NCBI GenBank assembly: GCA_030606565.1
Contig: JAUWGE010000001.1
Location: 4,478-68,477 of the forward strand
From: Candidatus Bipolaricaulota bacterium
GTDB taxonomy: Bacteria; Bipolaricaulota; Bipolaricaulia; UBA7950; UBA9294
Length of the DNA stretch: 64,000 nucleotides
Reading direction: 5' to 3'
This document shows positions 26,440-34,061 of the stretch, piece by piece. The position numbers and the translations under genes were made by a program. Every line of letters begins with the position of its first letter. Position 1 is the stretch's first letter. The notes under the pieces are model-generated. The model ran no database searches and had not been told where the DNA came from. It saw only the letters and a list, made by a program, of their open reading frames with translations.

Positions 26440-26785
26440 ATGATCCAGCGCGGTGCGGTGTTCAACGTCAACTTTTCAGTCCAAGGCGTGGCCATGAAGG
26501 AGTAAGGCCGGCGATTGTCATACAAGCCGACCTTTACTGCCCTCTCTCAACCCTTCTCGTCATTCCCACTTCAACACACGCCCGCAAGGAGATTGACTTT
26601 CATGTCCCGGTGACCGTTCAAGGGATTCGCACCTATGCGTTGATCGAGCAGCTCACCGCGGTGGACAAAACAAGGCGGATAAAGAGCGAAAACTATCTGG
26701 GGAGGATCTCACCGAAAGAGATGGAGAAGATTGATCGGATGCTCAAGGTTTTCATCGGCCTCGATTCAAAACTGTCGTTCCTCTA
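26440..26785 (+). pseudogene. mazF: MazF/PemK-family toxin disrupted by a frameshift near 26495-26505
   Basis: Frame A reads MIQRGAVFNVNFSVQGVAMKE* (stop at ~26503). A second frame continues GHEGVRPAIVIQADLY...VIPTSTHARKEIDFHVPVTVQGIRTYALIEQLTAVDKTRRIKSENYLGRISPKEMEKIDRMLKVFIGL, which is a typical MazF. Confidence 0.6.
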
Positions 26786-26958
26786 GCTGAGAGCGATCGG
26801 TAATCAGCGATCAGCTTAAGGCCTCTAAGGCTGACAGTTGATAGATGGTAGCTATTTCCCCTGCCTTTGATTTGCTTTAGGCTGATAGCTGAAAGCCAGT
26901 AGAGTTCGCCGCCCACCGGGCGGGACGTTCTTCACGGTTCTGGTAAACTTGTGAGGCA

Positions 26959-26967
26959 GTGTATAAT
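26959..26967 (+). promoter_or_regulatory. Extended -10 promoter element TGTATAAT upstream of TA pair
   Basis: TGTATAAT is a perfect extended -10 element. It lies ~23 nt upstream of the GGAGGTG RBS and ATG 26990. Confidence 0.3.
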
Positions 26968-26989
26968 TGGAGAGATGGAGGTGTATACG

Positions 26990-27208
26990 ATGACGAAACT
27001 TCTCAAAGAAGCGTTTACCGAAGCTTCCAAGCTCCCCGAGAGTGAGCAGAATGTGTTTGCGGAATGGTTGCTAGAGGAGCTAGCATCCGAGCATCGTTGG
27101 GAAAAAGCCTTTGCTGGATCTCACGAAGCGCTTACACATTTGGCAGATGAAGCACTTGCCGAGCAGCGCGACGGCCGCACTCAAGTGCTTAAACCGCATA
27201 AACTGTGA
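26990..27208 (+). CDS. Putative antitoxin (addiction-module component)
   Basis: MTKLLKEAFTEASKLPESEQNVFAEWLLEEL... is an acidic helical small protein. It is translationally coupled (overlap) to the downstream toxin-like gene. It is homologous in architecture to 39933..40133. Confidence 0.5.
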   Translation: MTKLLKEAFTEASKLPESEQNVFAEWLLEELASEHRWEKAFAGSHEALTHLADEALAEQRDGRTQVLKPHKL

Positions 27209-27474
27209 CATCCTACACGACGGGATGCTTCCGGAAGGCGTTTTCCCAGTTGCCCCGGGATGTTCAGCAGAACGCCAGAGAGTCTTACAAGCTATTCGCA
27301 CAAAACGCGTATCATCCCAGTTTACGTCTTAAGCAGGTGCATCCGACGAAGCCCATCTACTCAGTTCGAGTCACTAGTAACTACCGAGCAGTAGGAGTCC
27401 ACGATGGAGACAATATGATCTGGTTTTGGATCGGTTCTCATGCTGATTATGATAAACTACTCTCTAGGCTTTAG
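27205..27474 (+). CDS. RelE/ParE-superfamily toxin-like protein (paralog of 39672..39932)
   Basis: ...FRKAFSQLPRDVQQNARESYKLFAQNAYHPSLRLKQVHPTKPIYSVRVTSNYRAVGVHDGDNMIWFWIGSHADYDKL shares the pattern F..LP..VQ...NP.HPSL..K.V....SVR....RA....D..W.WIG.H..Y with 39672..39932. Confidence 0.55.
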   Translation: MTSYTTGCFRKAFSQLPRDVQQNARESYKLFAQNAYHPSLRLKQVHPTKPIYSVRVTSNYRAVGVHDGDNMIWFWIGSHADYDKLLSRL

Positions 27475-27592
27475 GCTAGCTATCAGCCGTCAGGGAGGAA
27501 CAAACCGTCAGCTACCAGCTTTCACCATCAAGCAGAAGCGGCTTTTCTTTTAGCTGAGCGCTAAATGCTGACGGCTGATTGCTGGTTGCTAC

Positions 27593-28189
27593 TCAAAACA
27601 CCTCTTCTAAATCGATGGAAAGCCCAGCAAGAAGGGGGGATTTAAGAGGTGCCTTTTCTTTGCAGGCATAAAGGGCAACCTGGGAAAAGCCCTGCTCCTG
27701 CAGCTTTAACACCTCAACCGTCTTTGTGGCAGGATCGACCAGCCAGTACTCCTTGACACCATGGCGGGCATAGAGGGCCTTTTTGTAGGTGCGGTCGCGC
27801 TTTGCTGTTGCCTCAGAGAGAATCTCGATCACCAGACCAGGGGCACCGCGGATCCCTTCCTCGGCGATAATATCGGCCTGTTCCTTTCCGACAAACAAGA
27901 TATCAGGCTGGAGGACGGTGTCTTCGCTGAGGATGACGTCAAGAGGAGCATCGTAAACAAAACCTAAGTCGTGCTGTTTGACGAACCCGCGCAAAATAAA
28001 CTCCAGGTTTCCTGAGATGCGTTGGTGATACTCATTCGGTGATGGAACCATGACTAACTCCCCCTCAAAAAGCTCATAGCGCTCCCGCTCGGACTCCGGT
28101 GCGTTTCGATAGTCTTCGTAGGTAAACTTGATTCTAGTAGCCGGCTTTTCCATCGGATCCACCTCCATCGAGTATTCTAGAACGTCCAT
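27593..28189 (-). CDS. Uma2-family (DUF820) putative restriction-endonuclease-like protein
   Basis: ...YELFEGELVMVPSPNEYHQRISGNLEFILRGFVKQHDLGFVYDAPLDVIL...PDILFV... is the Uma2 pattern. Confidence 0.75.
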   Translation of the reverse strand: MDVLEYSMEVDPMEKPATRIKFTYEDYRNAPESERERYELFEGELVMVPSPNEYHQRISGNLEFILRGFVKQHDLGFVYDAPLDVILSEDTVLQPDILFVGKEQADIIAEEGIRGAPGLVIEILSEATAKRDRTYKKALYARHGVKEYWLVDPATKTVEVLKLQEQGFSQVALYACKEKAPLKSPLLAGLSIDLEEVF

Positions 28190-28325
28190 GGTCCAAAGTC
28201 CAAAAAGCGGTGATGAGTTAAGGGTGATGAGAGAAGAAGAGCGGGATTAAGGAGTATGGATTAGGGATTCAAGGGGCGAAGGCAGCGATGAGGGATAGGT
28301 GAATCGTGGATGGTAGACTGTGAAT

Positions 28326-28403
28326 GGTGAATGGTCCAGAGTCCACAGTCCAGAGCCGGTGATAAATTGTGAATTGCGAATGATGGAGAGCGGGTGTGTG
28401 CTG
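28326..28403. repeat. 78-bp interspersed repeat built of 7-nt periodic units (copy A)
   Basis: GTGAATG GTCCAGA GTCCACA GTCCAGA GCCGGTG ATAAATT GTGAATT GCGAATG ATGGAGA GCGGGTG ... It is ~94% identical to 32310..32387. Confidence 0.7.
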
Positions 28404-28455
28404 AAAGCTGACGGCTGATAGCTGAAATGCTGATAGCTTGACCGTTGATTGCTGG

Positions 28456-28866
28456 TCATAGCAGGAAGCTTCTCGTCCGAAGCGGTACAAAACGACAGAT
28501 CTCCTCAAAGTGGTTGTCCGCATGCCAGAGCAGAAGATCCTTGGCAAGGGCAGCCTGGGCGATCAGTAGATCCGGAAGGGGGATAGGAAGCCCCTCTTTG
28601 CGCAGCGTATACCCCAGGCGAGCCGCCTCTTTCCAGACACCTTCGTCGATGGGAATATCTGGAACTACACCGAGGTGTTCCAGCAGTTTGTCAAAACTTT
28701 TCTCATCCCTTGAACCGATCAGGATCTCCGCTCGTACAACCCAACACGAGAAGACGCGCCCTTTGGTAAGCGCCTTCTTCACCGAGGCCTTTAGTTCCTC
28801 CCGCCCCTCCGGTCGGAGATAATGGACCCAAACCGAGGTATCGATAAACACGGGCTCTTCGCCCAT
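28456..28866 (-). CDS. vapC: PIN-domain toxin VapC
   Basis: MGEEPVFIDTSVWVHYLR...D...IAQAAL is the PIN pattern. The start overlaps the vapB stop. Confidence 0.75.
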   Translation of the reverse strand: MGEEPVFIDTSVWVHYLRPEGREELKASVKKALTKGRVFSCWVVRAEILIGSRDEKSFDKLLEHLGVVPDIPIDEGVWKEAARLGYTLRKEGLPIPLPDLLIAQAALAKDLLLWHADNHFEEICRFVPLRTRSFLL

Positions 28867-29102
28867 CAGATCGACTCTGCGCTGGATTCGCGCCACTCTT
28901 TGAGATCCTCCGGCGTCAGCTCAACGAGGCCTGAGCCAGCAAGTTCGGATAGCTTCTTCAGATGGCGTGCGCGCACGAACTCACGGAGCGCCACCTCGAT
29001 GGCCTCCCGTTTGGTCTTTACGTTAGCCAATCGCCTGCTCTCTTCCAGAAGTTCAGGATCCACCGAAACCGAAAGTCTACTTATGGTGCACCTCCAAAAC
29101 AC
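28866..29102 (-). CDS. vapB: VapB-family antitoxin
   Basis: ...LSVSVDPELLEESRRLANVKTKREAIEVALREFVRARHLKKL... resembles Rv0623-like VapB antitoxins. The exact start is unclear, with no ATG near the RBS. Confidence 0.6.
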   Translation of the reverse strand: MFWRCTISRLSVSVDPELLEESRRLANVKTKREAIEVALREFVRARHLKKLSELAGSGLVELTPEDLKEWRESSAESI

Positions 29103-29397
29103 CTAGAAGATACACCATTCATCGAGGGTTAACAAGCCAGTGTCAGTATGGTAGGGATTGTGGATAGTTGATCGCTGGTGGAGGGAGAAGGCTAATACGT
29201 TTCTCTCTCTTCCCGCGTCCCCGTGTCTTCCCCTTCCCTTCTCCGTGTTCTCTCCGTCCTCTGCGGCGAGGCGTATGAAAAAGGGCTCTTCGCTATTCGG
29301 CCTGCCTGCAGCAGGCAGGTCCGGTTCGGAGGGGGGAGGGACCGGGAACTTAACTGGTCCTTCCTACCCTATCTGGGTCTTCGCATCAACAAAAACG

Positions 29398-29421
29398 GCC
29401 CCGGGGCCCTTCCGGAGGAAT
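29398..29421 (-). terminator. Terminator-like palindrome GGCCCCGGGGCC followed by T-run (minus strand)
   Basis: A perfect 12-bp palindrome with TTTTT follows on the minus strand. It lies just downstream of the relE stop. A similar motif follows the two beta-helix genes. Confidence 0.45.
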
Positions 29422-29449
29422 GCGGAAGATATCTGCGGTGCCTCATCTA

Positions 29450-29716
29450 CTACCGGCCCCCCAGGCGCTCCATGACCTCGTGGGATCCTATTCGACGGAG
29501 TATAATGGCCTCGCCTTCTATCTGAAAGGTGGACCGGTAGCCGCCGCCGACCTTCGCCTTCCAGATCCGCTTCCGTTTGTCGATGATCCGCGCTTCCAGA
29601 GAGGGATGCCGAGGAGCCTCCAGCAGAAAGGCAAGCTGCTTATCAAACCGCTTTTGGATTTGGAGGGACAGGCTCTGGTAATCGCGGATGAAGGGCTTCG
29701 TGAAAACCGGCTTCAT
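29450..29716 (-). CDS. RelE/ParE-family toxin
   Basis: MKPVFTKPFIRDYQSL...GGGYRSTFQIEGEAIILRRIGSHE matches the RelE pattern. Confidence 0.7.
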   Translation of the reverse strand: MKPVFTKPFIRDYQSLSLQIQKRFDKQLAFLLEAPRHPSLEARIIDKRKRIWKAKVGGGYRSTFQIEGEAIILRRIGSHEVMERLGGR

Positions 29717-29997
29717 GCCCTGGTCTTTTTTAGAGCTTCAATCGCCTCTTGGGTTGTCGCAAAGGGTCCGATCAACTCACCCTTCTTAATTGCCTCATCC
29801 GCCTCCCGCTCCTTCTTTTGCCATTCCTTTGACCAAAACCAGACATCTTCCTTATCAACCAGCCTCTTGGGAATGATGACGATCTCGCCCCCTTGGGCTT
29901 CGACCTCGACGTAGTCGCCAACCTCCAAGCCCACCTGCCGACGTACCTTCTCGGGGATGGTCACTTGGTATTTGGTCCGCACTTTGACTACCGGCAT
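29713..29997 (-). CDS. AbrB/MazE/SpoVT-family antitoxin
   Basis: MPVVKVRTKYQVTIPEKVRRQVGLEVGDYVEVEAQGGEIVIIPKR is a swapped-hairpin AbrB-type fold. It overlaps relE (ATGA). Confidence 0.65.
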   Translation of the reverse strand: MPVVKVRTKYQVTIPEKVRRQVGLEVGDYVEVEAQGGEIVIIPKRLVDKEDVWFWSKEWQKKEREADEAIKKGELIGPFATTQEAIEALKKTRA

Positions 29998-30341
29998 CGT
30001 TCTCCCTCCTCTATCAAGAGTTTGAAAGCAATGCAGTATTGCAAACTGATTATAATGCTGTCCATCTCTAACTGCAAAGGTCCGCAAGAGTCGAGAGTTG
30101 AGTGAAGCCCATTCGTTGAGTTCGTTGAGTTTGATCACCCACTACCTACTACCCACCATTCTCATCTGTCCAAAGGTCAAGGTCCAACGTCCAAGGTTGG
30201 TGGTAAATGGTGAATGGTAAGTAGTGAGTAGTGAATGGAGAACGCTGACCGCTGATTGCTCCAAGGAAAACAGCACGGGGTCTTAGCAGCCGGGATGATA
30301 TTAAGTGTCAAGTGTGGGCATGACCCCGGAGCGCGGTGAAC

Positions 30342-30626
30342 TTACCCCCGATACGCCTCACGCCGAGGCTTGCAGGAATAGAGCACCACGTTCTTTTCGA
30401 GGACATCGTAGCGAATCCGGTAATCCCCCGAGGCAATTCTCCACTGCCCTTCCCCCTTCTTCATTCCCTTGAGCTTCTTGATGTTGTGCCGACCGCTCCG
30501 GGCGTAGGGATCTTCACGGAGAACTTCTACCATGGCCTCAACATGGGAGATCGCTCCGGGCGTTCGTCTGGCCAGACTCTTGTAGTCGCGGTCGAAGTGA
30601 GGGGTACTGAGGATGCGGTAGGGCAT
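30342..30626 (-). CDS. RelE/ParE-family toxin
   Basis: ...KKLKGMKKGEGQWRIASGDYRIRYDVLEKNVVLYSCKPRREAYRG is the canonical RelE C-terminus. Confidence 0.7.
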   Translation of the reverse strand: MPYRILSTPHFDRDYKSLARRTPGAISHVEAMVEVLREDPYARSGRHNIKKLKGMKKGEGQWRIASGDYRIRYDVLEKNVVLYSCKPRREAYRG

Positions 30627-30636
30627 GGGCAGGCTG

Positions 30637-30930
30637 TCACTTCGGCCGCTTGGTCGTCGTGCGCACCTCGGCTAAGACTTTCTCCACGGAACGGGTCTTG
30701 CCAGTCTGATACTCCCGGTAGCCCTGCCGAATCTGTGCCTTCAAAGACTCATCGTGCAGATCCAGGTAGTCCTCCAGCTCGTCGGCGTCGAGGATACCGA
30801 GCACCGGGAGCCCATCCCGCTCTACGATAATGTATTCCTTGCCCACTTTCACCCGGCGGATCAGCTCACCGAAGTGGGTCTTGGCCTCGGTCGCGGAGAC
30901 GCGGGTCACTTTGGGAGCTCGTGTGGCCAT
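30637..30930 (-). CDS. Phd/YefM-family antitoxin
   Basis: ...VSATEAKTHFGELIRRVKVGKEYIIVERDGLPVLGILDADELEDY matches Phd/YefM. Confidence 0.75.
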   Translation of the reverse strand: MATRAPKVTRVSATEAKTHFGELIRRVKVGKEYIIVERDGLPVLGILDADELEDYLDLHDESLKAQIRQGYREYQTGKTRSVEKVLAEVRTTTKRPK

Positions 30931-30946
30931 CTCCCCTCCTCAATGG

Positions 30947-31150
30947 TCAACGTTGGTCAATCAGGAGGATAGCCGAAAGAAGAGCGGAAAGCAAGGCCTT
31001 ACCGGGGAGACCTACCCGGTCCTTGACCTCATCCGAGCGCTCGATCATCCCTGCATCCAGAGCGGTCATCACGTCTACCCCGCGGGCGCGTAAAGCCTGT
31101 ACCAGGTCTTTATCCATGGCATCTTCATCTATATAGAGACGGATTGTCAC
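30947..31150 (-). CDS. DUF5615-family PIN-like protein (toxin-like partner of DUF433)
   Basis: MTIRLYIDEDAMDKDLVQALRARGVDVMTALDAGMIERSDE... matches the DUF5615 pattern. Confidence 0.6.
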   Translation of the reverse strand: MTIRLYIDEDAMDKDLVQALRARGVDVMTALDAGMIERSDEVKDRVGLPGKALLSALLSAILLIDQR

Positions 31151-31449
31151 GAATCTTTTTCTTTCTGGGAGAGAAAGTGCTCATGCTTCAATCGCTCAGC
31201 CTCCGCTTCCTCGGCAGCGATGTCGGCTTCGATCTCTTCTCGATTGGCGTGATAATAGGCCAAGGCGGCGTGGACTTGAGCTAGGGATAAGTGGCCTATC
31301 CGATCTGCAATTTCTTCCGGGCTCAACCCTAGCTTATACCAGCCTACGATGCGCCGTACCGTCACGCCTGTCCCCGCAATCCGCGGACGCCCCCCACGCA
31401 CCTCCGGCGTCCGAACGATGAGCGTCCCAACCTCAACTACATTTGCCAT
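31147..31449 (-). CDS. DUF433-family antitoxin-like protein
   Basis: ...VRGGRPRIAGTGVTVRRIVGWYKLGLSPEEIADRIGHLSLAQVHAALAYY matches the DUF433 core. It overlaps the downstream DUF5615 gene. Confidence 0.7.
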   Translation of the reverse strand: MANVVEVGTLIVRTPEVRGGRPRIAGTGVTVRRIVGWYKLGLSPEEIADRIGHLSLAQVHAALAYYHANREEIEADIAAEEAEAERLKHEHFLSQKEKDS

Positions 31450-31816
31450 GATTGATCGCCCCTCACGATACTGTTGTCCGTTTTGTAGAGATGTGATCTA
31501 TATTTAGTCTAACGCATGTGCTCGACCATTGTCAGCACCTCGTCTCTTTCCGGGTTTGGATGCTAGATGTGAGGATATTAGGTGTTAGGCGCGGTGGGTG
31601 ACGAATGGTGAAAGCGGCCGCAGATGGTGGGTAGTTTGTGGTTCGTAGTTTGAAGTTCAAAGTTCCTGGTTTGCTGACTTGCCGACTCTTGACTCAATCT
31701 CTCAATGGCTCTCGACTCTACCGTGCCCGGAGAGTGTCAAGTGTAGGCCTGACCCCGGCGTTCTGGTAAGTAGTAGGTGGAAAAGCTAGGAGCTGAAAGC
31801 TGACGGCTGATAGGCG

Positions 31817-32233
31817 TCACGCCAGCTTTGTCTTTATCCTTTCTATCTCGCTTTTGTTCTTCTCTACATCGCCTTCTATCCGCCCGATCCACGCCGTTGT
31901 AGCAACTCTCTCCTGATCGATACGGGTGAGAATTGTCATCATCTTGTCCTGACCGCGCGCCATCTCGTCCATGCGTTCGTTGAACTCCGTCCTGGTCACC
32001 ATTTTTTTTATCTCTTCACGGTTGTTAATGACTTGAATGGTGAGGTTATCGATCTTCTTGCTGTTCGTATCGATCTTCACGCTGTTCGTATCGATCTTCT
32101 TGCTGTTCGTATCGATCTTATCAGTGAGTTTCTGTTCCACCTGATCGATCCTGCCAGTGAGTTTCTGTTCCACCCTGTCGAGGTCTTTTTTGGTCGCTGG
32201 TTCGTCACGGCGGTCGTTCATAGACACCTCCAC
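31817..32233 (-). CDS. Coiled-coil protein with 7-aa tandem repeats (IDTNSKK)x3 encoded by 21-nt DNA repeats
   Basis: ...KIDTNSKKIDTNSVKIDTNSKKIDNL... The DNA carries three tandem copies of cttgctgttcgtatcgatctt. Confidence 0.45.
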   Translation of the reverse strand: MEVSMNDRRDEPATKKDLDRVEQKLTGRIDQVEQKLTDKIDTNSKKIDTNSVKIDTNSKKIDNLTIQVINNREEIKKMVTRTEFNERMDEMARGQDKMMTILTRIDQERVATTAWIGRIEGDVEKNKSEIERIKTKLA

Positions 32234-32309
32234 TTGATAGTTATAGCGACTGCCCTCAGAGCTGTCAACCTCCGCTGGCGGCGAATGGTGGGTAGTGAGT
32301 GGTGGGGGG

Positions 32310-32387
32310 GTGAATGGTCCAGAGTCCAGGGTCCAGAGCCGGTGATAAATTGTGAATTACAAATGATGGAGAGCGGGTGTATGCTGA
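32310..32387. repeat. 78-bp interspersed repeat built of 7-nt periodic units (copy B)
   Basis: ~94% identical to 28326..28403. Confidence 0.7.
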
Positions 32388-32616
32388 CCGCTGATCGCTT
32401 CTCTTAGCTGTCAGCTCCTGGCGATCTTAGCGTCTTAGCGAGAGAAAGGCATGTGCTTCTCGCGAAGGCCTGTCTGCCTCGCCGGCACAGGCAGGCCTGT
32501 CTGCCGTCGTATTCTGACAGGCAGGCGCGGAGACACGGGGAGGAGGAGACGCGCAACAGGCAAGTCAGAGCAGTCAAACGTCAAGAAACAAGCATCTTAC
32601 CGCAGAGGGCGCCGCG

Positions 32617-32820
32617 GAATTGAGAGATCGGGAGATCGTATAATTGATAGATTGAATCATCGGGAGATCGTATAATTGATAGATTGAATCATCGGGAGAT
32701 TGAGAGATTGGGGAGTTAAATCACTCAATTGCTAAATCACTCAATCTCTCACTTACTCACTCGCTCAATCATTCAATCAATCTCTCACTCGCTCAATCCG
32801 AAGAAGTCTGGTAAGATATC
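32617..32820. repeat. Composite element: tandem ~32-bp (8-nt periodic) GATCGGGAGATCGTATAATTGATAGATTGAAT units plus complementary AATCACTCAATC arm (copy 1 of 3)
   Basis: The left arm carries about 2.5 tandem units. The right arm is built of 8-mers such as AATCACTC, AATCTCTC and ACTCGCTC, which are partly the reverse complement of the left arm. It ends in ctcaatccgaagaagtctggtaagatatc. Confidence 0.65.
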
Positions 32821-32888
32821 GGTTGGAATTGGCTTTGGAATCTTGCTACACTGTTTTAGAGTGAACTTTTGCAGGAGGGGAATATCGC

Positions 32889-33116
32889 ATGAGCAAGGAG
32901 CAAGACCGAACGGAAGTAAAGATAGGGATCTCTGTTGAAGAGCTAATATCTGCTATCAACGAACTGGATGAAGAGCACAGGGAGTTCCTGATCGAGAATC
33001 TCCTGGCTGCCACGAATCCTGATTACCTTCACAGCATCGAAGAGGCGCGAGTGAATTATAGGCAGGGCCAGATCCTTCCCCATAATAAGGTATTTGGCAA
33101 GGCGGAGAAGAATTAG
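32889..33116 (+). CDS. Putative antitoxin partner of RelE/ParE toxin
   Basis: A small acidic protein lying 10 nt upstream of the relE/parE-like gene. ...ISVEELISAINELDEEHREFLIENLL... Confidence 0.45.
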   Translation: MSKEQDRTEVKIGISVEELISAINELDEEHREFLIENLLAATNPDYLHSIEEARVNYRQGQILPHNKVFGKAEKN

Positions 33117-33125
33117 GGGCAAGCT

Positions 33126-33380
33126 TTGAAATACGAGCTGTTATATACCAAGCGTGCGGCAAGGGACATCTCCAGATTGGATCAGGTAGCCAAGGAGCGA
33201 CTAAGGAAAACCTTGGAGAGGTATGCACAATCTCCTTTCGACTACGCGAAGAAGATGGTGGATCCGGCGCTGGGTACTTATCGCTTCCGAATCGGAGAGT
33301 ATAGAGTCATCTTCGATGTGGAAGGTAATAAGATCGTTGTCTTGCGAGTAGGCCATCGTCGCGAGATATACCGCGGATGA
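33126..33380 (+). CDS. RelE/ParE-family toxin
   Basis: MKYELLYTKRAARDISRLDQ...GTYRFRIGEYRVIFDVEGNKIVVLRVGHRREIYRG is the canonical pattern. Confidence 0.75.
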   Translation: MKYELLYTKRAARDISRLDQVAKERLRKTLERYAQSPFDYAKKMVDPALGTYRFRIGEYRVIFDVEGNKIVVLRVGHRREIYRG

Positions 33381-33737
33381 GAGCAGCTTCCCGTTCAAGA
33401 TCGAGTATTGTGGCATCAGGTTTAACGAGGGATTCTGGGCGGACATCTTCATCGAAGCAAGGGATACTTCCCAAGAGGACACGTCCCAAGGCTATCTTGT
33501 CTGCTGTGCTGGCACAGGCAGGGAACTCAAATCGGTAAAAGCGGTGAACAATGCCGCAAGAAGCAACTGCTTACGTACCTGCCTGTCTGCGTCCGAAGGA
33601 CAGGCAGGCGCAAAGACCGCAAAGAGCTGTCAGCTATCAGCCGTCAGCGATCAGCTTGGACTACCAACCCAGTTTGTTTCTTACTCTGCCCTTCACTCAC
33701 CACTCTTCACTGCTTTAGCGCCTTTGCGAGAGGCACA

Positions 33738-34010
33738 AGCTTTTTCTCTCGCCCGTTCGTTGCACTCACTCAAGCCGCAAAGGTCGCGGAGGAATTGAGA
33801 GATCGGAAGATTGAATGATCAGGAGATCGGATGATTGATAGATTGGATGATCGGGAGATCGTATAATTGATAGATTGAATCATCGGGGGATTGAGAGATT
33901 TAGAAGCTAAAATTTAATCAATCGCTCAATCATTCAATCGCTCAATCATTCAATCACTCAATCTCTCACTTACTCACTCATTCACTCACTCACTCATTCA
34001 ATCACTCAAT
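33738..34010. repeat. Composite 8-mer tandem-array element (copy 2 of 3)
   Basis: It shares the leader ...cgttcgttgcactcactcaagccgcaaaggtcgcggaggaattgagagatcggaagattgaatgatc... with the copy at 38597. It carries about 3 tandem units and a complementary CTCAATCATTCAATC arm. Confidence 0.65.
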
Positions 34011-34013
34011 AAA

Positions 34014-34052
34014 AACGGCCCCGGGGGGTTAGCCCCAGGGCCGGGGGAATTG
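34014..34052 (-). terminator. Rho-independent terminator of the beta-helix gene (minus strand)
   Basis: A GGCCCCGGGG...CCCCAGGGCC hairpin is followed by TTTTT on the minus strand, directly after the stop. A near-identical structure follows 40605..43943. Confidence 0.5.
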
Positions 34053-34061
34053 CGAATTAGG

